Of a stretch of 64,000 nt of DNA, positions 49,532 through 60,722 are shown piece after piece. The number at the start of each line of letters is the position of its first letter. Positions within the stretch are counted from its first letter, which is position 1. The DNA is taken from positions 800,001 to 864,000 of the forward strand of contig OZ242164.1 of the NCBI GenBank assembly GCA_965205335.1. The letters run 5' to 3'. The notes beneath the pieces were generated by a model. That model did not search any database and was not told where the DNA came from. It worked only from the letters and a program-made list of their open reading frames with translations. The stretch is from Candidatus Woesearchaeota archaeon. GTDB lineage: Archaea > Nanobdellota > Nanobdellia > Woesearchaeales > UBA583. Position numbers and translations under genes: made by a program.

Positions 49532-51118
49532 ATGAACAACTCAAACACTGATATTTTAGATGAAAACACAAAAAGGACTACTGGCTCTAATGCAATAATT
49601 TCAAACATTGAAGCCGCAAAAGCAGTTGCAGGCATTGTCAAAACAACTCTTGGCCCTATGGGAATGGACAAAATGCTAATTGATTCAGTAGGCGATTCAA
49701 TAATAACAAATGATGGCGTTAAAATTCTAAAAGAAATGGAAATTGAACACCCTGGGGCAAAACTTCTTGTTGAAGTTGCAAAAACACAGGAATTTGAAGT
49801 TGGAGATGGAACAACAACAGCAGTTATACTTGCTGGTGAAATGCTTAAATCTGCTCAGGAATTACTTGACAAAAAAATCCATCCCACAACAATTACAAGA
49901 ACATATAAAAAAGCACAGGAAATGGCTCTTTCAATATTAAAAAAAGAAGCAATAAAAGTTGACCCGCATAATGAAACACTAATAAGAGATATTTGCGAGA
50001 CTGCAATGACAGGCAAAGTTGCTGAATTTTCAAAAGAGAGATTATCTGAATTAATCTGTACAATAACAAAACAAATCCAGGAAAAAAACTCAATAGATAT
50101 TTCAAGAATTAAAATTCAGAAAGCATCAGGAGGGGAAATTGAAGAAAGCTCACTAATCAAAGGAATTGTACTTGATAAGAATCTTGCAAACCCAAATATG
50201 CCTAAATCATTAAGAAATGCAAGAATACTTCTCTTGTCAAACCCTCTTGAAGTAAAAGAACTTGATTCCGATGCAAAGATAAATATTAATTCTCTAAAAG
50301 AATATGAAGAATTCATGAAAGGAGAAGAGAATTATCTCTCATCAATAGTTGATAAAATAATTGAATCTGGGGCGAACGTTGTAATCTGTCAGAAAGGAAT
50401 AGATGATGATGTTGCATATCAACTTGCAAAAAACAATATTCTTGCAGTAAGAAGAACAAGAAAATCTGATCTGGAAAAACTATCATACGCATTAAATAAG
50501 AATATAATTTCAGGAACTAATGATATTAAAACAGAAAATGTAGGTGTTGCCAAAGAAGTAAATGTTCGCAAAATTCTAAATGAGAATTATGTATTTATTG
50601 AAGGTTGCGAAAATCCCAAGGCAGTAACTTTATTTCTTAAAGCATCAACTAACCATATTCTTGATGAATTGGAAAGAGCAATTGAAGATGCATTAGGCGA
50701 TGTGAACTCAATTCTTAAATCAAAGCAGATTGTTGCAGGAGGTGGAGCAGTAGAACTTGAATTACACAAACAATTAAATGAATATTCAAAAGAATTTCAC
50801 GGCAAAGAGCAATTAATAATTGAAGCCTACTCTCGAAGTTTTTTATCCATCCCAAAAATACTCTGTGAAAATTCTGGATTTGATGAAATTGAAACAATCA
50901 CAAAACTAATTTCACAGCATGAAAAAGGAAAGTCCAAATCAGGAATAAATTCATTTGAAGGTGTTGTAATTGATACAATAAAACACAAAATAATTGAACC
51001 AATCAACATTAAATCTCAAGCGATAAAATCTGCAACTGAAACCTCATCTATGATATTAAGAATAGACGATATTATAGCCGCTAAAAAACTCTCAAACTCA
51101 GATATATCCAACCTCTAA
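49532..51118 (+). CDS. Thermosome (group II chaperonin) subunit
   Basis: [33 protein letters not shown]. Confidence 0.96.
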   Translation: MNNSNTDILDENTKRTTGSNAIISNIEAAKAVAGIVKTTLGPMGMDKMLIDSVGDSIITNDGVKILKEMEIEHPGAKLLVEVAKTQEFEVGDGTTTAVILAGEMLKSAQELLDKKIHPTTITRTYKKAQEMALSILKKEAIKVDPHNETLIRDICETAMTGKVAEFSKERLSELICTITKQIQEKNSIDISRIKIQKASGGEIEESSLIKGIVLDKNLANPNMPKSLRNARILLLSNPLEVKELDSDAKININSLKEYEEFMKGEENYLSSIVDKIIESGANVVICQKGIDDDVAYQLAKNNILAVRRTRKSDLEKLSYALNKNIISGTNDIKTENVGVAKEVNVRKILNENYVFIEGCENPKAVTLFLKASTNHILDELERAIEDALGDVNSILKSKQIVAGGGAVELELHKQLNEYSKEFHGKEQLIIEAYSRSFLSIPKILCENSGFDEIETITKLISQHEKGKSKSGINSFEGVVIDTIKHKIIEPINIKSQAIKSATETSSMILRIDDIIAAKKLSNSDISNL

Positions 51119-51217
51119 GTTTTGTAAACTTTATCATGATGTTCATACTTACAAAAGTAAACAATGCTCTTGTTGTCTAATAAAAAATTATTTAAATGAA
51201 CTTCCTAAGATAATATT

Positions 51218-51925
51218 ATGACTAATATTCAAGGGGTTATATTTTTTGACTTAGATGATACACTTGTTAATAAAATAGAATTCTTCAATTATGCAGTTAA
51301 GACCTCCCTGCAAGAAGTAATTGAGAATGGATTTGATAGAGCCCCTCTTGATGCCATAGTAGAAGAATATCTAAGAATATACAGAAGAGATAAAAACGCT
51401 CAAAATCACTATGATTCACTTTTCTCTAAATACTTTGAAGATGAGGATTTGATACAAAAATACACAGAAATAGCAGTTGAAACGAGACATAGAATCAAAT
51501 CCCAGAAGTATAGAAAATACAGATACAAAAGAACCAAGCAAATCTTGGAAGAACTAATTGAAAGAAATTTTATAATAGGAATTATTTCTGATGGAATTTG
51601 CTCAAAACAAGAAGAGAAACTTAAATTACTGGGAATTGATGAATTATTTGATACTGAAAATATATGGATTACTAAAAAACAAGGATTTGAGAAATGCGAA
51701 GAATTTTACAGAACAATTTACGACACATACTCACAAAAATATAAAACACTAAATATATGGATGATTGGTGATAGAGAAGATAAAGACATAACATCTCCGA
51801 AAAGAGTTGGATTTAAAACTATTAAAGTAAGAGGAGAAAATGGCTTAGATGAACACACACAAACAATAGCAGATTACGAAATAGAAGCAATAGATGATTT
51901 GGATATTTCTGCATTTAGTGAATGA
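51218..51925 (+). CDS. HAD-IA hydrolase
   Basis: FDLDDTL, ISDG, MIGDREDKD. Confidence 0.85.
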   Translation: MTNIQGVIFFDLDDTLVNKIEFFNYAVKTSLQEVIENGFDRAPLDAIVEEYLRIYRRDKNAQNHYDSLFSKYFEDEDLIQKYTEIAVETRHRIKSQKYRKYRYKRTKQILEELIERNFIIGIISDGICSKQEEKLKLLGIDELFDTENIWITKKQGFEKCEEFYRTIYDTYSQKYKTLNIWMIGDREDKDITSPKRVGFKTIKVRGENGLDEHTQTIADYEIEAIDDLDISAFSE

Positions 51926-51928
51926 AAT

Positions 51929-52354
51929 ATGGCAAGATACATAAAAAACAAAAAGGCGAAAGGAACTCTTACTGAGAATGAACTCCTTCATACATTCTGG
52001 GACAATAACTGGGTTTGTGTTCGCGTGGCAGGTTCAGGTTCAACAAAATACCCAGCACCAGATATCTTGGCATCAAACGGATTTCGCAAAATAGTTATGG
52101 AAGTAAAAATGGTAAACGAAACAAAAAAATACTTCCCAAAAAAAGAAATAGAAGATTTAGAATTCTTTGCCCAGAAATTCGGAGCTACATCTTGGATTGG
52201 CGTTAAATTCATACAAGCCCAATGGTTTTTCATACCAACATCAGAACTCAAACAAACAAAATCAGAAAACTTTGCAATTGACATTATCACCATGAAAAGA
52301 AAAGGATTCACATTTAAAGAAATGATTGGAGAAAACCAAAATGAAAACATTTAA
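51929..52354 (+). CDS. hjc: Holliday junction resolvase Hjc
   Basis: KG..ENEL, RVAGSG, PDILA, EVK. Confidence 0.92.
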   Translation: MARYIKNKKAKGTLTENELLHTFWDNNWVCVRVAGSGSTKYPAPDILASNGFRKIVMEVKMVNETKKYFPKKEIEDLEFFAQKFGATSWIGVKFIQAQWFFIPTSELKQTKSENFAIDIITMKRKGFTFKEMIGENQNENI

Positions 52355-52670
52355 CGAAAAATGCTATGAATTGCTAAGAACTGTTCCGAAAGGAAAAATT
52401 ACAACTTACTCATCTATTGCTCATGCTCTTGGTTGCAGAGCATACAGAGCCGTAGGAAATGCCATGAATAAGAATCCCCATGATACAAATAAAGTCCCCT
52501 GTCACAGAGTTGTTAAATCAGATGGTAGATTAGGAGACTACGCCTTTGCTCCTGAAATAAAAGTAAAAAAATTAGAAGATGAAGGAATTCAAATAGAAAA
52601 ATTTGGTGGCACAATAAAAGATTGGAAAATTAAAAACTTTGAAAAAGTCCTATATGAATTCAAACTCTGA
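52341..52670 (+). CDS. ogt: O6-alkylguanine DNA alkyltransferase (MGMT family)
   Basis: VPKGKITTY, RAVGNAM, PCHRV active site. Confidence 0.88.
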   Translation: MKTFNEKCYELLRTVPKGKITTYSSIAHALGCRAYRAVGNAMNKNPHDTNKVPCHRVVKSDGRLGDYAFAPEIKVKKLEDEGIQIEKFGGTIKDWKIKNFEKVLYEFKL

Positions 52671-52675
52671 TTACT

Positions 52676-53365
52676 TTATTTATCATCCACAACAACATCC
52701 AAATTCTTATTTTTCTTCTTTAAGTATCTTGACAAATAATAACTTCCAATAAGCAATATTGTAGAGAAAATTACATATGAAATAATTGTCTTTGTTTCAA
52801 TCTCAGAACCACTTCCTATCATATGTCCGATTAAAACAAAAATTATAAGCCCGGGGATAATTCCTATAAAAGTTCCAAGAGCAAATTCTCTTTGTTTCAT
52901 CTTAGTCAAACCTAAACCATAATTAACGGCATCAAAAGGAGCCCAAGCTAACCTTAAAATAAGAGTTGTTGTAAACCCATCCTCTGTTGCTCTTTTATCA
53001 ATTTTTTTTACCCATGAAATATTATAATCTCCATCCTTTCTGAAATACCTTGCAACAAAAAATGCTAGATTAGCTGATATGTTCTCACCAATTGTAGTAA
53101 TGATCATACCCCATACAGGTCCAAACAAAGCTCCTGCAAGAGTAGTTAAAATAGATGCTGGGAAAAAAATTAAAGGACGAATAGTATAAGCAATAATAAA
53201 GATGACCCCTGCCCAAATCCCTAAATCTGCCGCCCATCTATCAATTATATCCCCAACATGAGAATAAATATCAAATATTGAAACACCATTATAAATAAAA
53301 TACCCAAAAAAACTTCCAATAAGAATTAGCCATAAAATTCCTATCACAATTTTTGCCCTTTTCAT
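52676..53365 (-). CDS. TVP38/TMEM64 (DedA superfamily) protein
   Basis: FFPASIL..AGALFG, LRL..PFDAVNY..G, GTFIGIIPG. Confidence 0.88.
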   Translation of the reverse strand: MKRAKIVIGILWLILIGSFFGYFIYNGVSIFDIYSHVGDIIDRWAADLGIWAGVIFIIAYTIRPLIFFPASILTTLAGALFGPVWGMIITTIGENISANLAFFVARYFRKDGDYNISWVKKIDKRATEDGFTTTLILRLAWAPFDAVNYGLGLTKMKQREFALGTFIGIIPGLIIFVLIGHMIGSGSEIETKTIISYVIFSTILLIGSYYLSRYLKKKNKNLDVVVDDK

Positions 53366-54030
53366 TTTCTCTTAACACTGTCTGAATTTATATCAACATA
53401 ACCATTTGCTATAAGATTGCCAAGTTCGGTAAGCCTTATACAAATCCTCGATTTTGTCCTCTTAGTCTCAACCAAATTCATTGAAACCAAACCCATTGAA
53501 TCTCTATTTCCTCTAAGATGATATGCGATAAGAGGAAGAGACATCTTGGATTTCTTTGAAAGCATCTCCATAGAATCAAACTTTCCATTATCATTAATAA
53601 GTCTTAAAATCTCCATTTTCTTATCATTTACCGCATTATAATATGAAAATTTCATAATTGGATACGTTATAATCTCATCGCCTAAAATTCCAATTGCTGC
53701 AATCCCATTAACAAATGCAGAAGACAATGCAAGACATGAAGTCATATAATCACAATCTACATTAATTACAATAGTATCTCCTTTATATAAAGACTCAATA
53801 TCGCGAATCTTCATAAAAACCTCTTCAATATTAGGAAAATCTGAAATCTCATAAACATCAATATCTATATCATGTTTCTCTAAATTTCTCTCAATTCTTT
53901 TTGCAGATTTAATGTATTTACTCTTTACCAAAAGAACAATAACATCAGGATAAAATCTCTTAAAACCCTTAAATAAAATCTCTTCACAGTCCTTATCTTC
54001 CCCAACAATTCCAATTAAAACATTTGCCAT
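53362..54030 (-). CDS. DUF6293/HFX_2341-like transcriptional regulator (Rossmann-like plus wHTH)
   Basis: C-terminal LSKKSKMSLPLIAYHL..GLV..LTELG; archaeal regulator architecture. Confidence 0.65.
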   Translation of the reverse strand: MANVLIGIVGEDKDCEEILFKGFKRFYPDVIVLLVKSKYIKSAKRIERNLEKHDIDIDVYEISDFPNIEEVFMKIRDIESLYKGDTIVINVDCDYMTSCLALSSAFVNGIAAIGILGDEIITYPIMKFSYYNAVNDKKMEILRLINDNGKFDSMEMLSKKSKMSLPLIAYHLRGNRDSMGLVSMNLVETKRTKSRICIRLTELGNLIANGYVDINSDSVKRK

Positions 54031-54134
54031 TTTTCTTATTTTTATATGAACATACAATAAATACTTTAATTAAAAATATTATTTAATTTATAAATATTAG
54101 TTTTAATCCTTGACAAAACTATGATAAAGAAAAT

Positions 54135-55685
54135 CTATTGATAACTTAGATTTACATACTCCTCAAGATCATAATAATTAGATTCATTAATCCCCAAACT
54201 CTCCTCTAAACCATATAAATGATTATAAGAGCAAACACCTCTTCTCCAGATGCAACTCTCCTTATTATTACAAGCCTTCTCACTTTTAATATCATAACAA
54301 TTTAAGGCTACACACTCTCCATATCTGAAAGTACAATCAGACGAATTCTCGCAACTAATTTTATCATTAGACTTAGTAAAACACAAATAATCAACATCAC
54401 GAACACTGCAATAAAAATTCTCACAAATATCATCAATACATACATCTCCTGATAAAGTTCTATCCAAACCATTAAACCTATCAATTTCAACTAACTTAGT
54501 CTCACCACCTTTAATGCTAAAATCTGAAGACACAGTATCTAACACTTCATCACTATAAAGATCTCCATTATTAACAGAAACCTTTGAACTATGATCTACA
54601 ATACCTTCTAACATTACTCCTATCTTATCTTTACTGCATGCAGTATCAGAAACAATCACTTTAATAGGCAACTCAAACTCAGAATCATCAATATTTCTAT
54701 CAATAGATATTATATTAAACCCAAAAACTTTATTATATACATCTTCATTAGTTATCTTGGACTTTGTTGAAAGTTCAATGCTCATCTCAAGAGGTACACT
54801 TGTTTCTCTCTCAAAACAAATTCTTATAATACCCTTATCGGATTCATCTACATCTCCTGTATCTAAATCTCCCATTAAATCCTCATAAATACCATCCCTA
54901 CCTATTAATTCCAAATACCTGTTCCAATCACTAATATGAACAGTAAAACTATCACATGTCCATTCCTTTATCTTTTTAGAACCATTATATTCAATTCCAA
55001 CAGTGCCGTTTTCAAGTACTGTCTCAAATTCCTCTGGTGTAAAGACTTCCCTAAAATCTGGGGTGTCCATTGCTCCCAAAAAATCTAATGAGTTATCACT
55101 TTGACCATCATCACTTCTCTTACATGAATATGAACTCTCTCCTAAAAAGCCTCCCTCTGTGCAAGTAATATTAACATATCCAAGATTAAACTGGTCAAAA
55201 ATAATCTTTCCGGATTCACCTAAAAATGAAATTATGATCTCAGAAGTCATTCTCTCCTTACCATCCTTTGTGGCAAATCTGGCTTTCATGCTAAACCCCT
55301 CTGAAAGAATCCCAAGAAACCCAACATCTACATCATACGATAAAGCCACATTATCCATATCCCCAAAATTATTCACATGCATTATATATTCATCATAAGG
55401 ATTAACAAAATAATTTCTTATATCATCATAGAACAAATAACTAAAAACCCCAATTAATAATAAAAGAACTATAATTATCCCCCAAATCAAATTTGTATGT
55501 TTCCTCCTGCCAGAATCAGGAGATCCCAATTCAGACACACTCTCAAGTTCTCTGTATATCTTTTCAATTTGTTCTCTCTTTGCTCCTGCGCTAATTAATT
55601 TATCTATTATTACATCTTTTGAATATGAATCCTTGTATTTAGAAACATAATCTCTAATTATATTCTTATCCATACTCAAACTCAT
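54135..55685 (-). CDS. Single-TM surface protein with a Cys-rich C-terminus
   Basis: One TM near residue 70; acidic ectodomain; C..C..W..C repeats. Confidence 0.6.
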   Translation of the reverse strand: MSLSMDKNIIRDYVSKYKDSYSKDVIIDKLISAGAKREQIEKIYRELESVSELGSPDSGRRKHTNLIWGIIIVLLLLIGVFSYLFYDDIRNYFVNPYDEYIMHVNNFGDMDNVALSYDVDVGFLGILSEGFSMKARFATKDGKERMTSEIIISFLGESGKIIFDQFNLGYVNITCTEGGFLGESSYSCKRSDDGQSDNSLDFLGAMDTPDFREVFTPEEFETVLENGTVGIEYNGSKKIKEWTCDSFTVHISDWNRYLELIGRDGIYEDLMGDLDTGDVDESDKGIIRICFERETSVPLEMSIELSTKSKITNEDVYNKVFGFNIISIDRNIDDSEFELPIKVIVSDTACSKDKIGVMLEGIVDHSSKVSVNNGDLYSDEVLDTVSSDFSIKGGETKLVEIDRFNGLDRTLSGDVCIDDICENFYCSVRDVDYLCFTKSNDKISCENSSDCTFRYGECVALNCYDIKSEKACNNKESCIWRRGVCSYNHLYGLEESLGINESNYYDLEEYVNLSYQ

Positions 55686-55790
55686 ACAATCTTAATTTTT
55701 AAACATATCTTACTATTTATTAAGAGACATCATTTTAAGTTAAACAATAAGAAAATCATATATTCATAGTTATATTAAATCATACAGAAT

Positions 55791-56780
55791 TTACTTCTCA
55801 GATTCCTCTTGCTCCTTCTCATCCTCTTCCTTCTCTTTTTCTTTCTCTGGTTCTAATCTTTCACCTAAATAAATTTTATTTATCTTCCCAACTCTAATCC
55901 TATTTAATATCCTCTTAGAATTCAACTTTGTAATTATCTTGCTTAAATTTGACTTGGATATAGATGGAAGATGATTCAAAATATCATATTGTGAAATTCC
56001 ATTATTTTCCTTTACAATATCTGCTACATCTTTCTCATTCTCTGTTAAATACTTCTGAGTCACCTCCTCATACTTATCAGAAATCTCCTTTTCTTCATCC
56101 TTTGATACCCCTTCTGCCTTTGGCTTCTTCTTTACTCTATCCTTCCTTTTTAGTCTTATAAAAAACGTCAAAAACACTATCACAATTATTACAAAGACAG
56201 CTATTATAAGAATTGCTATTATTCTAAAATTCTTAGACCAGAAACTCTCTGAAACCTTTTCACTCCCGAAATTAACTAAAAATAAAATATCCGATGTTAC
56301 GTTTTCACTTTCCCACTCAACGTTATCCCTTGTTTGCGTGTAATCTCTTGGAAAAATTTCAGTTATATCCCCAAAATTTTCATACATTTCCATACGATGA
56401 ACTAATAATTCTACTGGGAAATCAAAATCGGAGTATATTGAAAATGATTTTTTGGAAACTACCTCCTCTGACACACTATATGAAATAAACCTAACTGAAA
56501 AATTATTATTTCTTATCTCATCGGGTCTTAGAATTAAATAATCCCCTACTGTTGTGTATTTTAAATCCTCTCCATCTTGATTTATTGCATAATCTATCTT
56601 TGCATCCTCACTTGGTTTTTCAAATGAAAATCTCTTATAATCATCCTCTTCATCAAAATAGAAATTATATGTAAATATAGTATTCTCTGAGAAAATATCA
56701 GACTTAATTTCCACAGTAACTCCAAATGCAGAACCTAAGCAGAAAAATAGCATTAATATCACAAAAATACGTGTATACAT
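55791..56780 (-). CDS. Membrane-anchored wHTH protein (COG2512-like)
   Basis: Signal peptide, ectodomain, TM, then LTENE..GISQ..SKSNLSKII..L..R.RVG..NKI. Confidence 0.7.
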   Translation of the reverse strand: MYTRIFVILMLFFCLGSAFGVTVEIKSDIFSENTIFTYNFYFDEEDDYKRFSFEKPSEDAKIDYAINQDGEDLKYTTVGDYLILRPDEIRNNNFSVRFISYSVSEEVVSKKSFSIYSDFDFPVELLVHRMEMYENFGDITEIFPRDYTQTRDNVEWESENVTSDILFLVNFGSEKVSESFWSKNFRIIAILIIAVFVIIVIVFLTFFIRLKRKDRVKKKPKAEGVSKDEEKEISDKYEEVTQKYLTENEKDVADIVKENNGISQYDILNHLPSISKSNLSKIITKLNSKRILNRIRVGKINKIYLGERLEPEKEKEKEEDEKEQEESEK

Positions 56781-56880
56781 ATTATTATTCATATAAGAAT
56801 GAAGATTTATAAATCTTTTCAAACTCTCTAGTATATAGCATTTCATCACTTAAGAAATATTAAAGTAGGAGAAAAGTTAA

Positions 56881-57618
56881 ATGGATGATAAAGACACAAA
56901 TATAAAGCATATTGGGTTTATAATGGATGGCAATAGACGTTATGCTAAAAAATTAGGTGTTGATAAATCGGAAGGTTATAAAGCAGGGCTAAACACATTT
57001 CTAAAATTTGTTTCATATCAGATTAAACATAATATTTACGAAACCAGTTTTTTTGCTCTCTCTGAGGATAATGTCCAGAAAAGAGGTTCTAATGAACTTG
57101 AGGTATTAGGGGATATTGTAAAATCTTTTTTTGAAGATGAGAATGTTAAAAATTTCTTCATATCAAATAAAATCAAAGTAAATTTAATTGGAGATATTGA
57201 AAAACTTGAAAATCATAAAAGTCTTAAAGGAAAAAAGATAAATAAGAAGGCTGTTAATTTATGGAATCTCAAAAATAAAAAACACAAATTTATTGTAAAT
57301 ATACTTATGAACTATGGCGGTGCAAGCGAGATAATTAATGCCACAAAAGAAATCTCTAAAAGAGTTTTAAATGGAGAAATTAAGATTGAATCTATTGATA
57401 ACAAACTAATGAAAAAATATATGTGGACATCTAACTCCCTACCCCCTCAGATAATTGTCAGAACAGGAGATTGCCCCCGTTTATCTGGATTTTTATTATG
57501 GGATTCAAAATATTCTGAAATTTATTTCACTCATAAACTATGGCCTCAGATGGATGAATCAGATTTTGTAGAAATTCTTGATTGGTATAAAAAAATTCAA
57601 AGAAACTTTGGCAAGTAA
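56881..57618 (+). CDS. uppS: cis-prenyltransferase (UppS family)
   Basis: HIGFIMDGNRRY, NYGG, RTG, RLSGFLLW, RNFG. Confidence 0.93.
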   Translation: MDDKDTNIKHIGFIMDGNRRYAKKLGVDKSEGYKAGLNTFLKFVSYQIKHNIYETSFFALSEDNVQKRGSNELEVLGDIVKSFFEDENVKNFFISNKIKVNLIGDIEKLENHKSLKGKKINKKAVNLWNLKNKKHKFIVNILMNYGGASEIINATKEISKRVLNGEIKIESIDNKLMKKYMWTSNSLPPQIIVRTGDCPRLSGFLLWDSKYSEIYFTHKLWPQMDESDFVEILDWYKKIQRNFGK

Positions 57619-57662
57619 GTTCTTAAATTCAGAAAATAAAAAACTATTCTAAGAGAATTATT

Positions 57663-58814
57663 CTAATACAAGAATTCGTTCTTCTCAATTATAAATTCCT
57701 TAATTTCCACAGGTTTTGTTATTATCTTGATTTCATTTGTTCCAAACCTTAAATAAGATACAATTGATTTAATCTCATCACGTTTTAAACTCATAGTCTT
57801 TCCATTCAGCCTTATATCAATAACTTCCTTATCAAAATCCCCATACATTATCACATCAATTATATCATTAAACGAATTTATTGTAAACTTGTATACCTGC
57901 TGGTCATTAAAATAAACCTTATTAATTGAATACGCAACAGTATAGAAACCATTTGTTTCAAGTTCTAACACATTTGCATCTGGATTTAATATATTCTTAG
58001 GTACATTACCTGAAATTTTATTATACCTTGACAAGCAACGAGGATTTTCATTTGATATAGTATACCCATTAACAGTAATCTTAATTGCCTCAGAAACCTC
58101 TTTCTTTACATTACACTCAACTACTAAATCAATAAATACTCTCTCAAGAAACTTCTCATTATCGATCTGAAAATTGAAATCTCTTTTATTATTTTCCTGA
58201 TTATAAATAACCTCTGCAACTCTAAACTCTGAAATATCCATCTTATTCCAATTAATTATATTATACCATCTTGGCTTCTCTAATTCAAAAGATAAAGTTG
58301 TTTTCGTAAAATTTTCAGGATTTTGTATCCTTATTGGAACCCTGATGGGAATATCAGAATTTCTGGCAAGGGTTTTAATAAACTTCTTACCATCAACCTT
58401 AATTATCAAATGATTATCTCCCCAAACCCTGTCAGGATTAAAATACAGCAAAATATGCTTCACATCTTGAGGATTTAAAAAAGTTAAATCCATCTCATAA
58501 TTGTTAGCACCAATAAAATTAGCATTTAACCTAAATGAACTTCCTAAATAAATCACATTTGTAACTTCCTTTGAACCTAACTCTATATTTGGAAAACTCT
58601 CAGTTACTCTTCGTTGCCTTCCTATATCCGTATCATTTAAATAGAATAAATAAGAATCATAAGAATCAGAATCTCCCCCTTCTCCCTTTTTCTTTATGAA
58701 TGGGTTATCTGAATCATCTGAACCAAAAAAAATAGAGCCTACAACTAATAAAAGTGCCATAGCTATTATCCCTATAGCCACTTCATTTACACCTTTTTTA
58801 TTTCCTATATTCAT
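57663..58814 (-). CDS. Hypothetical secreted protein, possible class III signal peptide
   Basis: NKKG followed by a hydrophobic helix; beta-rich remainder. Confidence 0.55.
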   Translation of the reverse strand: MNIGNKKGVNEVAIGIIAMALLLVVGSIFFGSDDSDNPFIKKKGEGGDSDSYDSYLFYLNDTDIGRQRRVTESFPNIELGSKEVTNVIYLGSSFRLNANFIGANNYEMDLTFLNPQDVKHILLYFNPDRVWGDNHLIIKVDGKKFIKTLARNSDIPIRVPIRIQNPENFTKTTLSFELEKPRWYNIINWNKMDISEFRVAEVIYNQENNKRDFNFQIDNEKFLERVFIDLVVECNVKKEVSEAIKITVNGYTISNENPRCLSRYNKISGNVPKNILNPDANVLELETNGFYTVAYSINKVYFNDQQVYKFTINSFNDIIDVIMYGDFDKEVIDIRLNGKTMSLKRDEIKSIVSYLRFGTNEIKIITKPVEIKEFIIEKNEFLY

Positions 58815-58815
58815 T

Positions 58816-59316
58816 TTAGATATTCACCACATGTTTTTGCATAATTGTCCTAATTGCCTTTATATCCTTCATAAGAATCATAGAACACTTAGTTATTTCA
58901 TCATTTGCAAAATACTTATCATATAACTTAGAACCGAATTCCATAAGTGCACTTCTAGTTCTCTTTTCCTGAAAATCAGGCAGAACATATGGATTAATTA
59001 TGATGCTCACATTTCCCTTTGCAAGAATTTTTGTTTTACCATTAACCTTAACTTCCGTACCCTTTCCTCGCATGCTAATTTTAAGAGATAGAATTAACAT
59101 ATAATAGTCTGTATATTCCAAATCAGCCTCAGCATATGAATCCATACGCTTTACTCCATCCGTATTTTTCTCAATATAGTTCTTCTCAGTCCAATCATAA
59201 TGTCTTTCATCCTCTATAAATCCTCTTATTTCATCATACAACTTATACATGTCAAAATAACCATCAAAAGAATACTGTTTCTGAGAACCTGCAGGAATTT
59301 TATCTAAGCTACCCAT
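58816..59316 (-). CDS. Hypothetical protein
   Basis: 166-aa ORF with an upstream TATA near 59345-59352; 1 bp from the next gene. Confidence 0.6.
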   Translation of the reverse strand: MGSLDKIPAGSQKQYSFDGYFDMYKLYDEIRGFIEDERHYDWTEKNYIEKNTDGVKRMDSYAEADLEYTDYYMLILSLKISMRGKGTEVKVNGKTKILAKGNVSIIINPYVLPDFQEKRTRSALMEFGSKLYDKYFANDEITKCSMILMKDIKAIRTIMQKHVVNI

Positions 59317-59425
59317 AATATCTGTTTATATAACATGTTTCTGTTTTATAAATATTTCTCTTAACGTTGCCGTTAGGTTTAAATAATTAGAAAATTTTTT
59401 AAAGAAGGTTTACTGTTTTTTTTAT

Positions 59426-60598
59426 ATGGTTCATATATGTCTTAGAAGGAACTTCAAGAAAACAACTGAAATGAGTCTAATTCGTTTGGTTACATCATCA
59501 TCTGTTGCTATTTTTGTAACTGTCTGGGCTTTATACTTAGCATCATTTAATTTACCTAATTCAGTAATAGGATTTATTGCAGGTGCTCTTATGTTAGTTT
59601 CATTTGTGTTTTCTTTTTATAGCCCTTTTATTCTTGAAAAATTTGGGGATTATGTAATCTTGAAACTTAGTGTTTTTATGATTTTTATCTCCTTTCTGTT
59701 AATATACTTCTTTGACAATTTGTATGCATTTTTAATTCTTAGTTTTGTCTATACATTATTATATGTTTTAAAAACGGATAGCTTTGACATATTATTTAGA
59801 GATGAATCTGATATTGACAGTCTTAACAAAGTTGAAGGATTAATGTATGCATTATTTAACTTTGGACTTTTTGTCGGGCCATTTATTGCAGGATATATTA
59901 TGCAGTTGTTTAACATTAGAAGTACTTTTCTTGTGGCAGGTTTACTAATGCTTGCAGCATATTTTATGTTTTATTCAATGAAAGCCCAAATACCATACAA
60001 AGAAAAAATTCAGAACTCTGAAAGTGCACTTCATTTAGCTAAAGCTTTTGTTGAATATAGAAAAACCATACTGCCATTTCTAATTGTTTGTGGAATGTAT
60101 ATCTGGTGGTCTATGATATACATATATATCCCATTGTATATTATAGATTCGGGTTTTGATACAAGTATAATAGGTTTTTTTATGGGCATTGTTTTATTGC
60201 CTCTTGTAATAAATGATTACTTTATAGGAGTTTTATCTCAGAAGTATGGTTTTAGAAAATTTTTCATTACTGGGTATTTTATGTTATTTGTCTTATCTCT
60301 TGTTATGTTCTTTCTACATGGTAATTTATATTATGTTTTAATTCTGTGTTTTATAGCATCATTTATGATATCTCTAATTGACCCTCTTCAAGACAGTTAT
60401 TTCTTTAAACAAATCACAAGAAGTTCTGATGAGGAGAGATTTTACCCAATCTTTGCAACCTCTGAATATTTTGGGCATTTTATAGGAAGAATTGCTCCTG
60501 CTGTTGTTCTATTATTTTTACCTGTCTATTACATCTTTTTATCAATTTCTTTTTTTATGTTCATTCTGTTTCTAATAAGTTTAAAAGTAAGAGATTAG
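59426..60598 (+). CDS. MFS transporter
   Basis: About 12 TM; GPFIAG; GVLSQKYGFRK motif. Confidence 0.85.
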   Translation: MVHICLRRNFKKTTEMSLIRLVTSSSVAIFVTVWALYLASFNLPNSVIGFIAGALMLVSFVFSFYSPFILEKFGDYVILKLSVFMIFISFLLIYFFDNLYAFLILSFVYTLLYVLKTDSFDILFRDESDIDSLNKVEGLMYALFNFGLFVGPFIAGYIMQLFNIRSTFLVAGLLMLAAYFMFYSMKAQIPYKEKIQNSESALHLAKAFVEYRKTILPFLIVCGMYIWWSMIYIYIPLYIIDSGFDTSIIGFFMGIVLLPLVINDYFIGVLSQKYGFRKFFITGYFMLFVLSLVMFFLHGNLYYVLILCFIASFMISLIDPLQDSYFFKQITRSSDEERFYPIFATSEYFGHFIGRIAPAVVLLFLPVYYIFLSISFFMFILFLISLKVRD

Positions 60599-60722
60599 AT
60601 TTTGTAATATGAATTCCTTCAAGTCAAGTCCAACTTTTTATCCTAGATTTTAGTTTATCTCATTAGTTTCCTACTATGCAAGTACAAAAAGCATTTAAAA
60701 TATTACTCACTTGGGATATAGC

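Noticed and set aside
112-58926. Numerous short antisense or overlapping ORFs in the track
   Set aside because: Shadows of real genes with no motifs or independent promoters
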